Assembly (NCBI GenBank): GCA_019058245.1
Contig: JAHPZJ010000013.1
Location: 9,166 to 73,165, forward strand
Length of the DNA stretch: 64,000 nucleotides
DNA from: Promethearchaeota archaeon
Lineage (GTDB): Archaea; Asgardarchaeota; Lokiarchaeia; Sigyniarchaeales; SOKP01
Direction of reading: 5' to 3'
This document shows, piece by piece, positions 18,946-29,515 of the stretch. Both the position numbers and the translations under genes were made by a program. Every line of letters starts with the position of its first letter. The first letter of the stretch is position 1. The notes under the pieces were generated by a model. That model worked only from the letters and a program-made list of their open reading frames with translations. It was not told the origin of the DNA and searched no databases.

Positions 18946-20436
18946 TTATTCTTTTGGTGCTATTTTGAGTGTTCTGGAAAATATTTTTCCAAATGATTCA
19001 GTTGAAGCCTCGACCAAAATATTAGCTTTGATGGGTTCACCAACTGGTATATCCAATGGATAACCAATCTCAATTGTTTCAAATGGAAATAGTTCTCTTA
19101 TAGTAGTAATCCATGGGCTTTTTTCAAAAAGTTCTTCAATTGTTACAATTCTAATTTTCAAATCCTCTAAGACATACCCAATAGTATTTGTTAATGAAAT
19201 ATTTAGTAATTTGTCCTTTTCATTTAAGTCTTTCGAAACACTTAGGAATTTTCTTGCTCCTAAAGTTGGAGTAACGCCTGGTTGTTCTACTTCTGGTTTT
19301 GTTTCGATTCTAGGTTCTTCAGTTTCCTCAGAATCTCTTACTATAAACACTTTCCTCTTTTGAATTGTATATTGAGACACCTTTTTCAGTTTTGCTAAAA
19401 ACAAAACAGCATTCAAGTTGATAGTATTAAAAGGCTCAATTTTTAGATAATCCTTTTCAGCAGCATCTTCTATTATTTCTGCGCCTATCCCAGTTCTAGC
19501 AAATACTGTATTTTTATTTGCTCCAGAACCTACACTGCCTACCGAAATATCGGCATTCTCAGCAGTAAGATCGGTACAAAAATTACAACTTGAGGACTTA
19601 AATTTATCTAATTGTCTAATAGTATATGATTTAAACGGTTCTCCCTGCGGATCATAATATAAATGAAATTTTCCTTTATTTATATCCATTTTTTGAACTT
19701 TTGATAAGTCTATCCCTTCTTTCTCAAAGAATGGATAGATTGCTTCAGGAGCAAATGAATCCATACAAAATAATCCAATTTTAAGTACATGACATCGCAT
19801 AAAATATTTCAACATCCCAGTTGGGCTATCAAACATTTTTGATACAGCATCAATATTGCATGGTGTCCCAACAAATGCAATTGATCTAAAATCTTGTCTG
19901 ACGGCATCCATAAGTGCCTCAACAGTTTGAGAGTGACTATAAATAGAGCCTGAAGATTTAATTGCATCGTCTTTACTTGTAATAATTTGAGCTACTGGAC
20001 GCCAAGGGTTATTTGGATCTTTCATTGTTACAACCGCAGCGTCAATTAGATGTTCATCGAATAAATAGCATAGAATACTTGTTACTGTTCCACCATCCTG
20101 TCCTCCAATTACTTCTGGAATGTTTGTATTTGCAACATATCCTGTTTTAAAATCTCCCATTAATTGGTAAGGATCGGTAATTGTCCGTGGGCACTGATTA
20201 TAACAAATACCACAACCAGTACATTTACCAATTAATTTTGGTTGTCCTGCAAGATCATCCCATTCTAGTACTGGACATACTGCTGCACATGTACCACACT
20301 GAGTACATATACCAGTTCGTACGATTTCCTTCATCAACATCCCAAAACTGTCTTTCTTCCCCTCTAACTTCTTTTGTATATATTCAAAAGAGTACTCATA
20401 TGGAGTTTCAGTTTGATCAGTTTTTTCTTCGGTCAT
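18946..20436 (-). CDS. Coenzyme F420 hydrogenase/dehydrogenase beta-subunit (FrhB/FdhB-like) with N-terminal 2x[4Fe-4S] and a C-terminal extension
   Basis: CTQCGTCAAVC, CTGCGICYNQC, QDGGTVT, VGTPC, IGLFCM, CNFCTD..ADISVGS. Confidence 0.88.
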   Translation of the reverse strand: MTEEKTDQTETPYEYSFEYIQKKLEGKKDSFGMLMKEIVRTGICTQCGTCAAVCPVLEWDDLAGQPKLIGKCTGCGICYNQCPRTITDPYQLMGDFKTGYVANTNIPEVIGGQDGGTVTSILCYLFDEHLIDAAVVTMKDPNNPWRPVAQIITSKDDAIKSSGSIYSHSQTVEALMDAVRQDFRSIAFVGTPCNIDAVSKMFDSPTGMLKYFMRCHVLKIGLFCMDSFAPEAIYPFFEKEGIDLSKVQKMDINKGKFHLYYDPQGEPFKSYTIRQLDKFKSSSCNFCTDLTAENADISVGSVGSGANKNTVFARTGIGAEIIEDAAEKDYLKIEPFNTINLNAVLFLAKLKKVSQYTIQKRKVFIVRDSEETEEPRIETKPEVEQPGVTPTLGARKFLSVSKDLNEKDKLLNISLTNTIGYVLEDLKIRIVTIEELFEKSPWITTIRELFPFETIEIGYPLDIPVGEPIKANILVEASTESFGKIFSRTLKIAPKE

Positions 20437-20794
20437 AATTATGTTTTCAAATCCTAAATTGATTATTAAATATTTGATACTTCAATTTAATAAACTAGGT
20501 ATTGTAAAAAAATATTATTAAATTATAAGACAAAAAATGATAATTTTTTGAAAAAAAAAGTAAAAAAATTGTGACTGATTATAACTTAAAGTAATTTATT
20601 TTCGATTTTTTGTTGAAATTATGATAAAAAAAAGTAAAAATTTTATATTCAAAAAGTTTGGTCAAAAAAGTATTTTTTCAAATTCTGCGATTTTGAGTGA
20701 TAATTTTCCTATTAAAACTATAATCTTTTTTTCGTTTATTCGACTCTCTTTTTTAATGTCTAATTTTTTAAATTTTGTATAAAAGAATAATATA

Positions 20795-22393
20795 CTAAGA
20801 TACTTCTATTTCAAGCTTTTCCTCAATTTTTTTAATAGCATTTGAAGCGTATATTCGTACAACTCTGTGAAAATCATTTACTTTTGTCAATAAGGCACTA
20901 AGCACGGATTCTCCACCAAAATTCTCTAATAATTTAATTAAACTAAGTTTTATCTTGTAATTCTCAGAATCTTGTATTTTTAAATAATCAGCAAGAATTA
21001 CTAAATTTTTATTTAATATTCTTGATATCTCTTGCTTGTTATCTCTAACTTTATACCAATTATTTTGATATATATTATAGATCGCATCAACCGCAACTTT
21101 TTTTATAAGCCAATAAGCGGTATTATCCTTTATGATCCGCAATAAACCTTCTAATGGTTCAATACTACCAATTTTTCCTAGAGCAATAATTACATTTTTT
21201 CTCACTTCTAAATTTTTTAAATCTAATAACTCGTATAAAGATTTAACAAACTCTTTTTCACCCAATTCACCTAAAATAAATGCTACGCTCTCTTTAATGG
21301 CATTATTATCTTTATTTAGGGAAATATATAAGTATTCATAGGAAACATTGGGGTTGTATTGATATATTCTCTTTATTGCATCTACAATATATAACTTCAT
21401 ATCTAAATCGGTATATTCAAAACTTACATCCTCAATATCTAAAATATCTAAAAGCTCAGGAACAGCGGATAAGTCTCCAATCTCAGCTAAGGCTTCAATT
21501 GCTGCGATGGCTACTTCATTATACATATTATCTAAATTAGAAATTAATAAATCCACAGCACTTTTGAGTTTTAATTTCCCACATAATATACTAGCATTTT
21601 TCCTAACAATAAAATCATCAATCAATAGTAATTTTATGATATCATCTTTAAGTTCACTTTTTAATAATGTAAAAATAGTAAGAATAGCTTCCATTAAAGT
21701 GGAATCTTCTTCTTTTAAAATATGTGTTGTTGTTTTTAATATCTCATTCTTGTTATTTATTAAATTAGAATAAATTAAAGGATATTTTGTTTTAATAAAA
21801 CTAGTATCTTCAAAAGAAACATTGAATCTTGAGATTTCATATCCAATAAGTCTTATCATTTCCGCTTTATGAGAATTTGAATATTTTTTTTCCTTTAATG
21901 ATTCTAATAAAAGATTTATTAACTTTTCAGGTTTTAAACTTAATAATTCAATAGATACACACTCTTTAATGGAATTAACTTTGTTATCTAATTCCTTTAT
22001 AAATAATCTTATTTCTGGGTCATTAAAACATATCTTTCTTATTGCTTTTAAAGCAGATAATTTAACTTTATTATTCACGGGTTCTTGTTCTAATATCCAT
22101 TTCAATAGTTTTAATGCCTTCTGATGCTTTATTCTACCTAAAGCTTTAGCAGCTTCACATTTTATTTCAGTCTTATCATCAGAGATTATCAAATTTTCAA
22201 AAATTTCAAAATAATCATCTTTTAATGTCTTTGAATCAAATATTATCAATCCTAAATATTTTATTGCATCTTTTCTCTTTGTATTATCTTTCTCTTTATC
22301 TATAATATCAGTTAGCATTTTCGCTGAGTTTTCTATTCCAAATTCTTTACTTTTCTGATAGATTTCACGAGGATGGATCTGTGTTTTCATCAT
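20795..22393 (-). CDS. HEAT/PBS-lyase repeat protein
   Basis: Repeated AAKALGRI / AIEALAEIG / VIIALGKIG units. Confidence 0.85.
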   Translation of the reverse strand: MMKTQIHPREIYQKSKEFGIENSAKMLTDIIDKEKDNTKRKDAIKYLGLIIFDSKTLKDDYFEIFENLIISDDKTEIKCEAAKALGRIKHQKALKLLKWILEQEPVNNKVKLSALKAIRKICFNDPEIRLFIKELDNKVNSIKECVSIELLSLKPEKLINLLLESLKEKKYSNSHKAEMIRLIGYEISRFNVSFEDTSFIKTKYPLIYSNLINNKNEILKTTTHILKEEDSTLMEAILTIFTLLKSELKDDIIKLLLIDDFIVRKNASILCGKLKLKSAVDLLISNLDNMYNEVAIAAIEALAEIGDLSAVPELLDILDIEDVSFEYTDLDMKLYIVDAIKRIYQYNPNVSYEYLYISLNKDNNAIKESVAFILGELGEKEFVKSLYELLDLKNLEVRKNVIIALGKIGSIEPLEGLLRIIKDNTAYWLIKKVAVDAIYNIYQNNWYKVRDNKQEISRILNKNLVILADYLKIQDSENYKIKLSLIKLLENFGGESVLSALLTKVNDFHRVVRIYASNAIKKIEEKLEIEVS

Positions 22394-22890
22394 TTGCCTT
22401 GTTGTTGCCTCAGTTATTATTTAAAAAGTTACTAAAGAATCTATTTAATTATCAAAGTAGATCACCAATTATAAAAATGTTTCCCAAATCAGGCAAAATG
22501 TTAGATAAGGTTCAACTGGATCAGTAAAAAAGATCCATTTCAATAATTCCTCAAAAAAGATTTTATGATGAGATACACTTTTTTTCTAATTTTTTATCAA
22601 TATAAAAATTTAAATAGGATTTTAAGCCAAATTATCATCAGAGAAATCAAAAAAATTTAAAAAAATGTCAAAAAAAAACCCAATATTTAATTTTGTTTAT
22701 GTTTTTATTAACTGTTTCATTGGTAAGAATTCAAAATGTAAAATCACATAAACCAAGTGGTATGGATTAATTTTATAGTAATAGGGAATTGAGAGTAACA
22801 ATTCATCATGAAGTTTCTGATCCAAATTCTATATTTATTTAATAATAGTGAATTTATTCTTTATTAAAACAAAAAAATATAAAATTCACA

Positions 22891-23616
22891 ATGTCAATTC
22901 GTCAATCAATAAATAGGATAAGAGAGAAATTTTACAATGTAGTTACAAATTTCAAGTTTGTGAAAATTTGTTCTATGATAGTTTTGGTAGGTTACATTGG
23001 ATTACTCATAATTGGAGTCATTGTAGCTGCTTTATTAGATCCAGATGGTTATACTATATGGAATAATTGGATTTCTGATTTAGGGTCAATAAATGACACT
23101 CCTGCTCCCTTTTTATATGATATTGCATGCATATTAGCAGGTTCTATGACAATCCCCTTAACATTTTATATGGAAAGATTTCTTGCTCCCCTTCCTAAGA
23201 AAAATCAGTTATATCAACAGGATTTATCTCGATTACGTTTTAGGTTAAGTAGTTATGCTTTTTTTTTTGGTATTATTGGAAATTTAGGCTATATAGGTGT
23301 AGGAATTTTCAGTGCTGATCGTGATTTTGAAGTTCTTTCTGTTTTAGGGCAAGGACCTCATGGTATTATGTCATACCTCGCTTTTGGAGGATTTACTTTT
23401 GGAGCATTCTTTATGGGTTGGTTAATAGTACTATACGACACAAAAATTCCTAAGATTCTGGGGATCTATGGGATAATTGGTCCATTGACTGTTGCTATAA
23501 TAAATCTAATAGAGAGTACTCCATTCTTAGAATGGGTATTGCTTTTCTCTATTTTAGCCTGGATAATCCCCCTTTCAATAATTCTGATTACAAAAGAAGA
23601 ATTTAAGCCTAATTAA
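22891..23616 (+). CDS. DUF998-like membrane protein
   Basis: YTIWNNWISDLGS, GVGIF, H..MSYLAF; about 6 TM helices. Confidence 0.75.
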   Translation: MSIRQSINRIREKFYNVVTNFKFVKICSMIVLVGYIGLLIIGVIVAALLDPDGYTIWNNWISDLGSINDTPAPFLYDIACILAGSMTIPLTFYMERFLAPLPKKNQLYQQDLSRLRFRLSSYAFFFGIIGNLGYIGVGIFSADRDFEVLSVLGQGPHGIMSYLAFGGFTFGAFFMGWLIVLYDTKIPKILGIYGIIGPLTVAIINLIESTPFLEWVLLFSILAWIIPLSIILITKEEFKPN

Positions 23617-23701
23617 AATATACATTGAAGAGTAAAAATATCTTTTTATTAATCTCTTTTTTTTAATATAATTATTTAACTTGATTGAAATTGAATCCAA
23701 C

Positions 23702-23803
23702 ATGTCAAATATCTGCACTAATTGTGGTGAATCTCTTCAAAAAGAAGCTAAATATTGTATTGAATGTGGTAAACCTGTAAATATAGATTCTAAAAAAAAA
23801 TAG
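23702..23803 (+). CDS. 33-aa stand-alone zinc-ribbon microprotein
   Basis: MSNICTNCGESLQKEAKYCIECGKPVNIDSKKK; below the ORF-track length cutoff. Confidence 0.65.
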   Translation: MSNICTNCGESLQKEAKYCIECGKPVNIDSKKK

Positions 23804-23932
23804 TAGATTCTTGAAATTGTTATCTTATGTTTAATTTAATTGGAAGAGAAAGTCTAAAAATAAACAATAATTACTTTCTTTGGTGTATCTATAACTAATT
23901 CTTAAAAATTTTAATATTTACTGGTCCTTCAT

Positions 23933-24544
23933 ATGAGCTCATCAAATAATAAAGAGACTACTAAAATATCCTTAGAAATTGATAATATTGCTAATAACAT
24001 CATAAAATCAATGAAAAAAGGGTATATTAATACATTAATATTATTAGCATTAGGAAAAGAACCCTCTCATGGATATAATTTAATGCAGAAAATTAAAGAA
24101 GAAAGTTATGGAGCATGGAACCCAACCGCTTCTTCATTATATCCTCATCTATCATCCTTGACAGATGATGAATTAATTACATTTACTATTGAAATGGATG
24201 GAAAAAGAGAGAGGAAAGTATATAAAATTACTGAGAAAGGCAAGAAAACTCTTAAAATATTACTTAAAAAGCAACGATCCATGATTAATTCTCTCCATTC
24301 TATGGTAATTTTCAACCTTGAAGAATCAAATTATTCTATTATTGATGATTTTCAAGGATTTTTCGATTCAGATTGGCTTGATGACATGACTTCTGATAGT
24401 AAAAAAAAAAAGGATAAATTTGCTATACTCTCAAGAAGAAAACAAGTTTTATCATTTTTAATAGACAAATTAGAAAATCTTGCTAATGACATTAATAAAG
24501 AAATTGTTTCCTTAAAAGGTAAAAGAACCCTATCATGGTTATAA
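23933..24544 (+). CDS. PadR family transcriptional regulator (copy 1)
   Basis: PSHGYNLM...SLYPHL...RKVYKITEKG. Confidence 0.92.
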   Translation: MSSSNNKETTKISLEIDNIANNIIKSMKKGYINTLILLALGKEPSHGYNLMQKIKEESYGAWNPTASSLYPHLSSLTDDELITFTIEMDGKRERKVYKITEKGKKTLKILLKKQRSMINSLHSMVIFNLEESNYSIIDDFQGFFDSDWLDDMTSDSKKKKDKFAILSRRKQVLSFLIDKLENLANDINKEIVSLKGKRTLSWL

Positions 24545-24665
24545 TTTAATGTATACAATTAGAGAAGAAAGTTATGGAGTATGGAAGCTAACTGTTTTTT
24601 CTCTCTCTCTACATTTAATATTCTTAACAGATAACGAACTAATCAAATTTATCGTTAAAATGAAT
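24522..24665 (+). pseudogene. Degenerate internal fragment of a third PadR copy
   Basis: Translates as KEPYHGYNLMYTIREESYGVWKLTVFSLSLHLIFLTDNELIKFIVKMN, colinear with both PadR genes; N- and C-terminal parts missing. Confidence 0.8.
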
Positions 24666-24787
24666 ATTATAATAATATTATAATAATTGTTAATTTATTT
24701 GACAAAAAAATTATAAATCTTTAATATATATTTCGATATATCTATAACTGATTTTAATTCTTTTTAATCTTAACAGGAGAATTTTAA

Positions 24788-25387
24788 ATGAGTCTAGAAA
24801 ATAACAAAGGAGATCCAAAACAATCTTTAGAAATTGATAAGATTGCTGATGCTATTGAGCTTTCAATGAAGAAAGGACATATAAGTACTTTAATTTTATT
24901 AGCATTAGAAAAAGGGCCCTCTCATGGTTATAGTTTAATGCAAACAATTAAGGAAGATACCTATGGAGTATGGAATCCAACTGCCTCTTCATTATACCCC
25001 CATCTATCATCATTAACAGATAAAGAGTTGATTGAATTTAAGAGCGAAATGGATGGAAAAAGAGAACGAAAAGTATATGAGATTACAGAGAAAGGCAGGG
25101 AAACTCTGAAAATGCTTCTTGAAAGGCAACAAAACATGAGGAAATCACTCCTTTCTATGATAATGTCTACTATTGGATTAACAAATTTTAGCCTTCCTGA
25201 TGATTTTGAGGAATTTTTTGATTCCGATTTGATTGATGATGCAAGCTTAATTGATAAAACAAATGAAGAAAAACTCAAAATTCTTTCAAAAAGAAAAATT
25301 ATTATATCAAAAGTAGTTAGCAAATTAGAAAACTTAATGAATGAGCTTGACCAAAGAATAGACTCCTTAAAAATAAGTAAAAAATAA
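24788..25387 (+). CDS. PadR family transcriptional regulator (copy 2)
   Basis: Close paralogue of 23933-24544. Confidence 0.92.
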   Translation: MSLENNKGDPKQSLEIDKIADAIELSMKKGHISTLILLALEKGPSHGYSLMQTIKEDTYGVWNPTASSLYPHLSSLTDKELIEFKSEMDGKRERKVYEITEKGRETLKMLLERQQNMRKSLLSMIMSTIGLTNFSLPDDFEEFFDSDLIDDASLIDKTNEEKLKILSKRKIIISKVVSKLENLMNELDQRIDSLKISKK

Positions 25388-25613
25388 AATATTCTGATTC
25401 TATTTTTTGATTCAATTACTCTCGAGAGCTTAAATAAATCGACTAATTGATATAAATATTGAAACGCGATAAATTTAACTTCGATATATTTAAATATCTG
25501 AAAATTTTTTATTATTCATTATTCAGATATATCAGATAAAGACATATCAAAATCTAGAATATTTTTTTTTTGCATAATAAATAATAAATTTAAAATCTCC
25601 TTAAAAAGAAAGG

Positions 25614-26618
25614 TTGAATGTGTTGAAAATTTTATTAACAGGAGCATTTGGTAATGTTGGATTAAGTACTTTAAAAGAGATGCTTAAGAGAAATTATGAT
25701 ATTAGAGTTTTTGATATTAAAACTAGTAAAAATAAGCGAATCGCTTGGAAGTATAAAAAAAAAGTAGAAATTATTTGGGGAGATATTAGAAAAGAAAAAG
25801 ATGTTCGAAAGGCTGTTGAAGATATTGATGTTGTAATCCATATTGCTGCGATTATTCCACCCTTGGCCGATAAAAAGCCTAAATTAGCAGAAGCAGTAAA
25901 TGTTGGAGGAACTAAAAATATTATTACAGCAATGGAAAGCCAGTTAAAAAAGCAAAGGCTTATTTTTACATCTTCGGTGGCTGTTTATGGAGATCGTCTT
26001 GAAAATCCATTAATAACACCTGAAGATCCATTAAATCCAAATCATGATGATGAATATGCTAAGCAAAAAATCGAATGCGAAGAATTAATTAGAAATTCGA
26101 ATTTAGAGTGGGTGATATTTAGATTAACATATATCGTATCATTGAATAAACTACAAATGGATCCTTTAATGTTTGAAATGCCTCTTGATACTTGTATTGA
26201 AATTTGTGATACTAAAGATGTTGGTCTTGCCCTTACTAATGCTGTGGAAAACAAAGATATTTGGGGAAATATTTTACATATTGCTGGAGGAGAACGATGC
26301 CGAATTTCATATCGAGAATATCTTAAAGAAATGTTGGGAATCTTTGGTATCGGTTTTGAAGAATTACCTGAAGAAGCTTTCAGACGGGAAAGGGGATTTC
26401 ATTGTGGGTTTATGACAACCAAAAAAAGTCAAGAACTTTTGAATTATCAAAAACACACTCTTGATGATTACTTCAGTGCTGTAAGAAAAAAAGTAGCTAT
26501 TATACGATTTTTTAACATAGTGTTTAAACCAATTATGCAAAAATACTTACTTAATAAATCTCATTATTATAAGGATTATCTAAACAATTATTATCTTGAA
26601 ATTAAAAATAAAAATTAA
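25614..26618 (+). CDS. NAD-dependent epimerase/dehydratase (extended SDR)
   Basis: TGAFGNVG, HIAA, SSVAVYG, YAKQK. Confidence 0.9.
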   Translation: MNVLKILLTGAFGNVGLSTLKEMLKRNYDIRVFDIKTSKNKRIAWKYKKKVEIIWGDIRKEKDVRKAVEDIDVVIHIAAIIPPLADKKPKLAEAVNVGGTKNIITAMESQLKKQRLIFTSSVAVYGDRLENPLITPEDPLNPNHDDEYAKQKIECEELIRNSNLEWVIFRLTYIVSLNKLQMDPLMFEMPLDTCIEICDTKDVGLALTNAVENKDIWGNILHIAGGERCRISYREYLKEMLGIFGIGFEELPEEAFRRERGFHCGFMTTKKSQELLNYQKHTLDDYFSAVRKKVAIIRFFNIVFKPIMQKYLLNKSHYYKDYLNNYYLEIKNKN

Positions 26619-26987
26619 TGATATAAGCATTCTTTCAACTTTTTTACTTCTCTTCTTTTTTTATTAGAAAAATAAAATTGTTAAAATTGTAATTTCTTTT
26701 TTTGATCAAAAAACCTATACTAATTTTATATTTAAAAAATTAATTCGTCATTGATTATTGATTCAGTTAAAATAAATTAGTTTTAGTGACCATTTCATAT
26801 ATATTTACTTATCTTGATAATCAATAATATTAAAAGTATTGGAAACGTAAATAAAATTAACAGAAAACTTTTAAGTTTGATCATTATAAAAAGATCAATA
26901 TAAGAAATTAAAAATTTTCCAAGAAAGTTCTTAGAAATTTATTATTATACAATTATGTAAAATCTAGAGGTGGATGTGTAAAAATAG

Positions 26988-28931
26988 ATGAGTAATACTG
27001 AAAATCATCGGATTGGATACTATGCTTGTCAATGAGGTGTAAATATTAGAACGAAAGTAGATTGTGATGAATTAACCGAGTATGTGAAGAGTCTTGGAGA
27101 GGAAATTATAATATCAAAGAAAAGTCCATTTCTTTGAACTGATAATGCTCAAAATGAAATTATAGAAGATATTAAGGAAAAGAATTTAAATAGAATTGTA
27201 GCATCAGCTTGAACTCCACGCACCCATGAAGTAATATATAGAGGTACTATTGCAAAAACCAATTTAAATCCTTATTATTTTCAAATGGTAAATGTACGTG
27301 AACAATGTTCTTGGTGCACTGACAGTAAAGAAGAAGCAACAGAAAAGGCAAAAATTTTAGTAAAAAGCGGGATAGAAAGAGTTAAACGATTAGAATCTGT
27401 TCCAATAAAGACAGTTCCGGTTACAAAAGCTACTTTGGTTATCGGTGCTGGAATTGCTGGTATGAATGCCGCATTAGATCTTGCGAATCAAGGAATTAAG
27501 GTATATTTAGTTGATCAAAAAACTACAATAGGAGGGAGAATGTCGCAATTAGACAGAACTTTTCCGACTGATGACTGTGCAATATGAATTTGTGGACCTA
27601 AAATGTTAGAAGTTAATCGAAATGAAAATATTGAACTAATAACTTATAGTGAAGTAAAGAAAGTAGAGGGATACGTTGGAAACTATAAAGTAACTATTGA
27701 AAAGAAACCACGCTATACAACTGATGAATGTAATGGATGCGGAGCATGTGCCGAGGTCTGTCCAGTTTATATATCAAATTATTTCGATGAGCATCTGGGA
27801 GTGCGTAAAGCAATTGATATTCCATTTGGTCAAGCAGTACCATTTCTCTATGATATCAATAGAGACGCTTGTATTGAGTGTTTTTCATGTGTAGATGCCT
27901 GTGAATTAGATGCAATCGATTTTAGTCAAATTGCTAAAGAAATTAATGTCGAGGTTGGTACAATTATCATAGCAACTGGGTGGGATATATATGAACCCTT
28001 TGGAGAGTATGGATATGGAGAATTTGAAAATGTTATCACTCAAGTTCAATTAGAACGAATTCTCGCTCCAAATGGACCACTTGAAGGTAATGTCCATCGA
28101 ATTTCAGATAATAAAGAACCTAAAAATATAGTATTTATACAATGTGTAGGAAGTCGAGAAACTGAACGAACATATTGTAGTGGCGTGTGTTGCATGCTTG
28201 CTCTAAAAAATGGGCGATTATTACTTGAAGAATTTCCCGATGCAATCATAACAATTTGTTATATTGACATAAGAACTCCCGAAAAGGGTTTTGAAGAATA
28301 TTATGAGCGAGCTAAAGAAGCAGGAATTAGAATGATTCGTGGAAAAGTAGGTGAAATCTCCGAAGACCTGGAAACAAAAAATGTGAAAGTTCGAGTGTAT
28401 TCAACACTTACGGATAAGATTGTAAAAATTGATGCTGATTTAGTTGTTTTATCTTCAGCTGCACTCCCTTCAAAAGGTACTCAGCAAATAGTAGAAGTTT
28501 TAAATCTTGATACCAACGCCTATGGGTTCCTTACAGAATCCCATTTTGGATTATTACCACAAGAAACAAAATCAAAAGGTATTTTTATAGCAGGTTTTGC
28601 TCAAGGACCGAAAAATATTTCATATTCTGTATCTCAAGCCAGAGCTGCTGCTAGCAAAGTAGCTGAGTTAACCGCACCAGGTCAAATCGATATAGAACTT
28701 ATTACTGCTGAGGTTAATCCTGAATTTTGTATTTCATGTAGACGATGCGAAAAGGAATGCCCTAAAAGTGCAATTAAGATTGAAAAGGGGATTGGAGCAT
28801 TTATTGATGAAATAAATTGTGACGGATGCGGAATTTGTGCGTCATGTTGTCCTACTCAAGCTATTGACATCAGATATTATCGTGATTATCAAATATTTGC
28901 CGAAATTGATGGAATTTTAGGAGGCGATTAA
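26988..28931 (+). CDS. hdrA: Heterodisulfide reductase subunit A, selenoprotein with four Sec (647 aa)
   Basis: Single frame from ATG 26988 with TGA at 27033, 27135, 27210 and 27585 (CQU, FLU, SAUTPRTHE, DCAIU). These match CHC, YTC, ASCTPRTHE and DCAIC in the Cys paralogue at 33422. Confidence 0.93.
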
Positions 28932-28937
28932 TCAAAC

Positions 28938-29399
28938 ATGGATTATAAATATAATATAATTGTTTTTGCTTGTTTAAAGTGAGGATATAGCGCAGCTGAT
29001 TTAGCTGGGACTTCACGATTGAAATATACTCCAGCAGTAAAAATTATCAAAGTTAAATGTACTGGTAGGGTTGACGTAAAGCACATTCTTTACAGTATTA
29101 GAGCTGGTGCGGATGGTGTTATGATTGTAGGTTGACAACCTAATGAATGTCAATTTAAAAACGGAAACTTCACAGCCCAAAAACACGTAGACTTAGCCAA
29201 TAGAATCTTAGAATCTAGAGGTTTTAGTAATCAGAGAATAAATATGTATTGGTTAAGTGGGGGAGATGCTGGAAAATTTGTTAAATCAGTTGAAAATGCT
29301 TATGAAAGAGTAAGAAAAGTCGGACCCAGTCCATTAAACTTAGTACAAGAAGAACAAAAAGTGAAAGTAAAACAAGTTATAACTACTCCTGCAGAATGA
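28938..29399 (+). CDS. mvhD: MvhD/VhuD [2Fe-2S] subunit, selenoprotein with two Sec (153 aa); missed by the ORF track
   Basis: FACLKUGYSAADLAG (TGA 28980), KCTGRV, VGUQPNECQF (TGA 29133); compare CNWCSY and GCHIGDCHY in the Cys copies. Confidence 0.93.
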
Positions 29400-29452
29400 T
29401 TCTTGTAAGTAAATTGTAGTTATAAGAAGACGAACCCTGCGAGGGAAGGAGT
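29385..29452 (+). promoter_or_regulatory. Eukaryote/Loki-type SECIS element
   Basis: ACUCCU-GCAG-A-AUGA(29396-29399)-UUCUUGUAA, loop GUAAAUUGUAG, UUAUAAGAA-GA(29429-29430)-CGAACC-CUGC...AGGAGU. Confidence 0.88.
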
Positions 29453-29515
29453 TTTTAAAAATAGTATTCAATTTTAAATAAAACTTTTTAATATGTAATC
29501 CAAAAGGCTGTAAAT

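Noticed and set aside
18821-19063. 80-aa plus-strand ORF
   Set aside because: Overlaps the GTPase start and the FrhB end on the opposite strand; shadow ORF.
27285-28931. Two separate ORFs or an hdrA pseudogene (27285-27587 and 27603-28931)
   Set aside because: All breaks are in-frame TGAs at conserved Cys positions with a downstream SECIS, so this is one selenoprotein gene.
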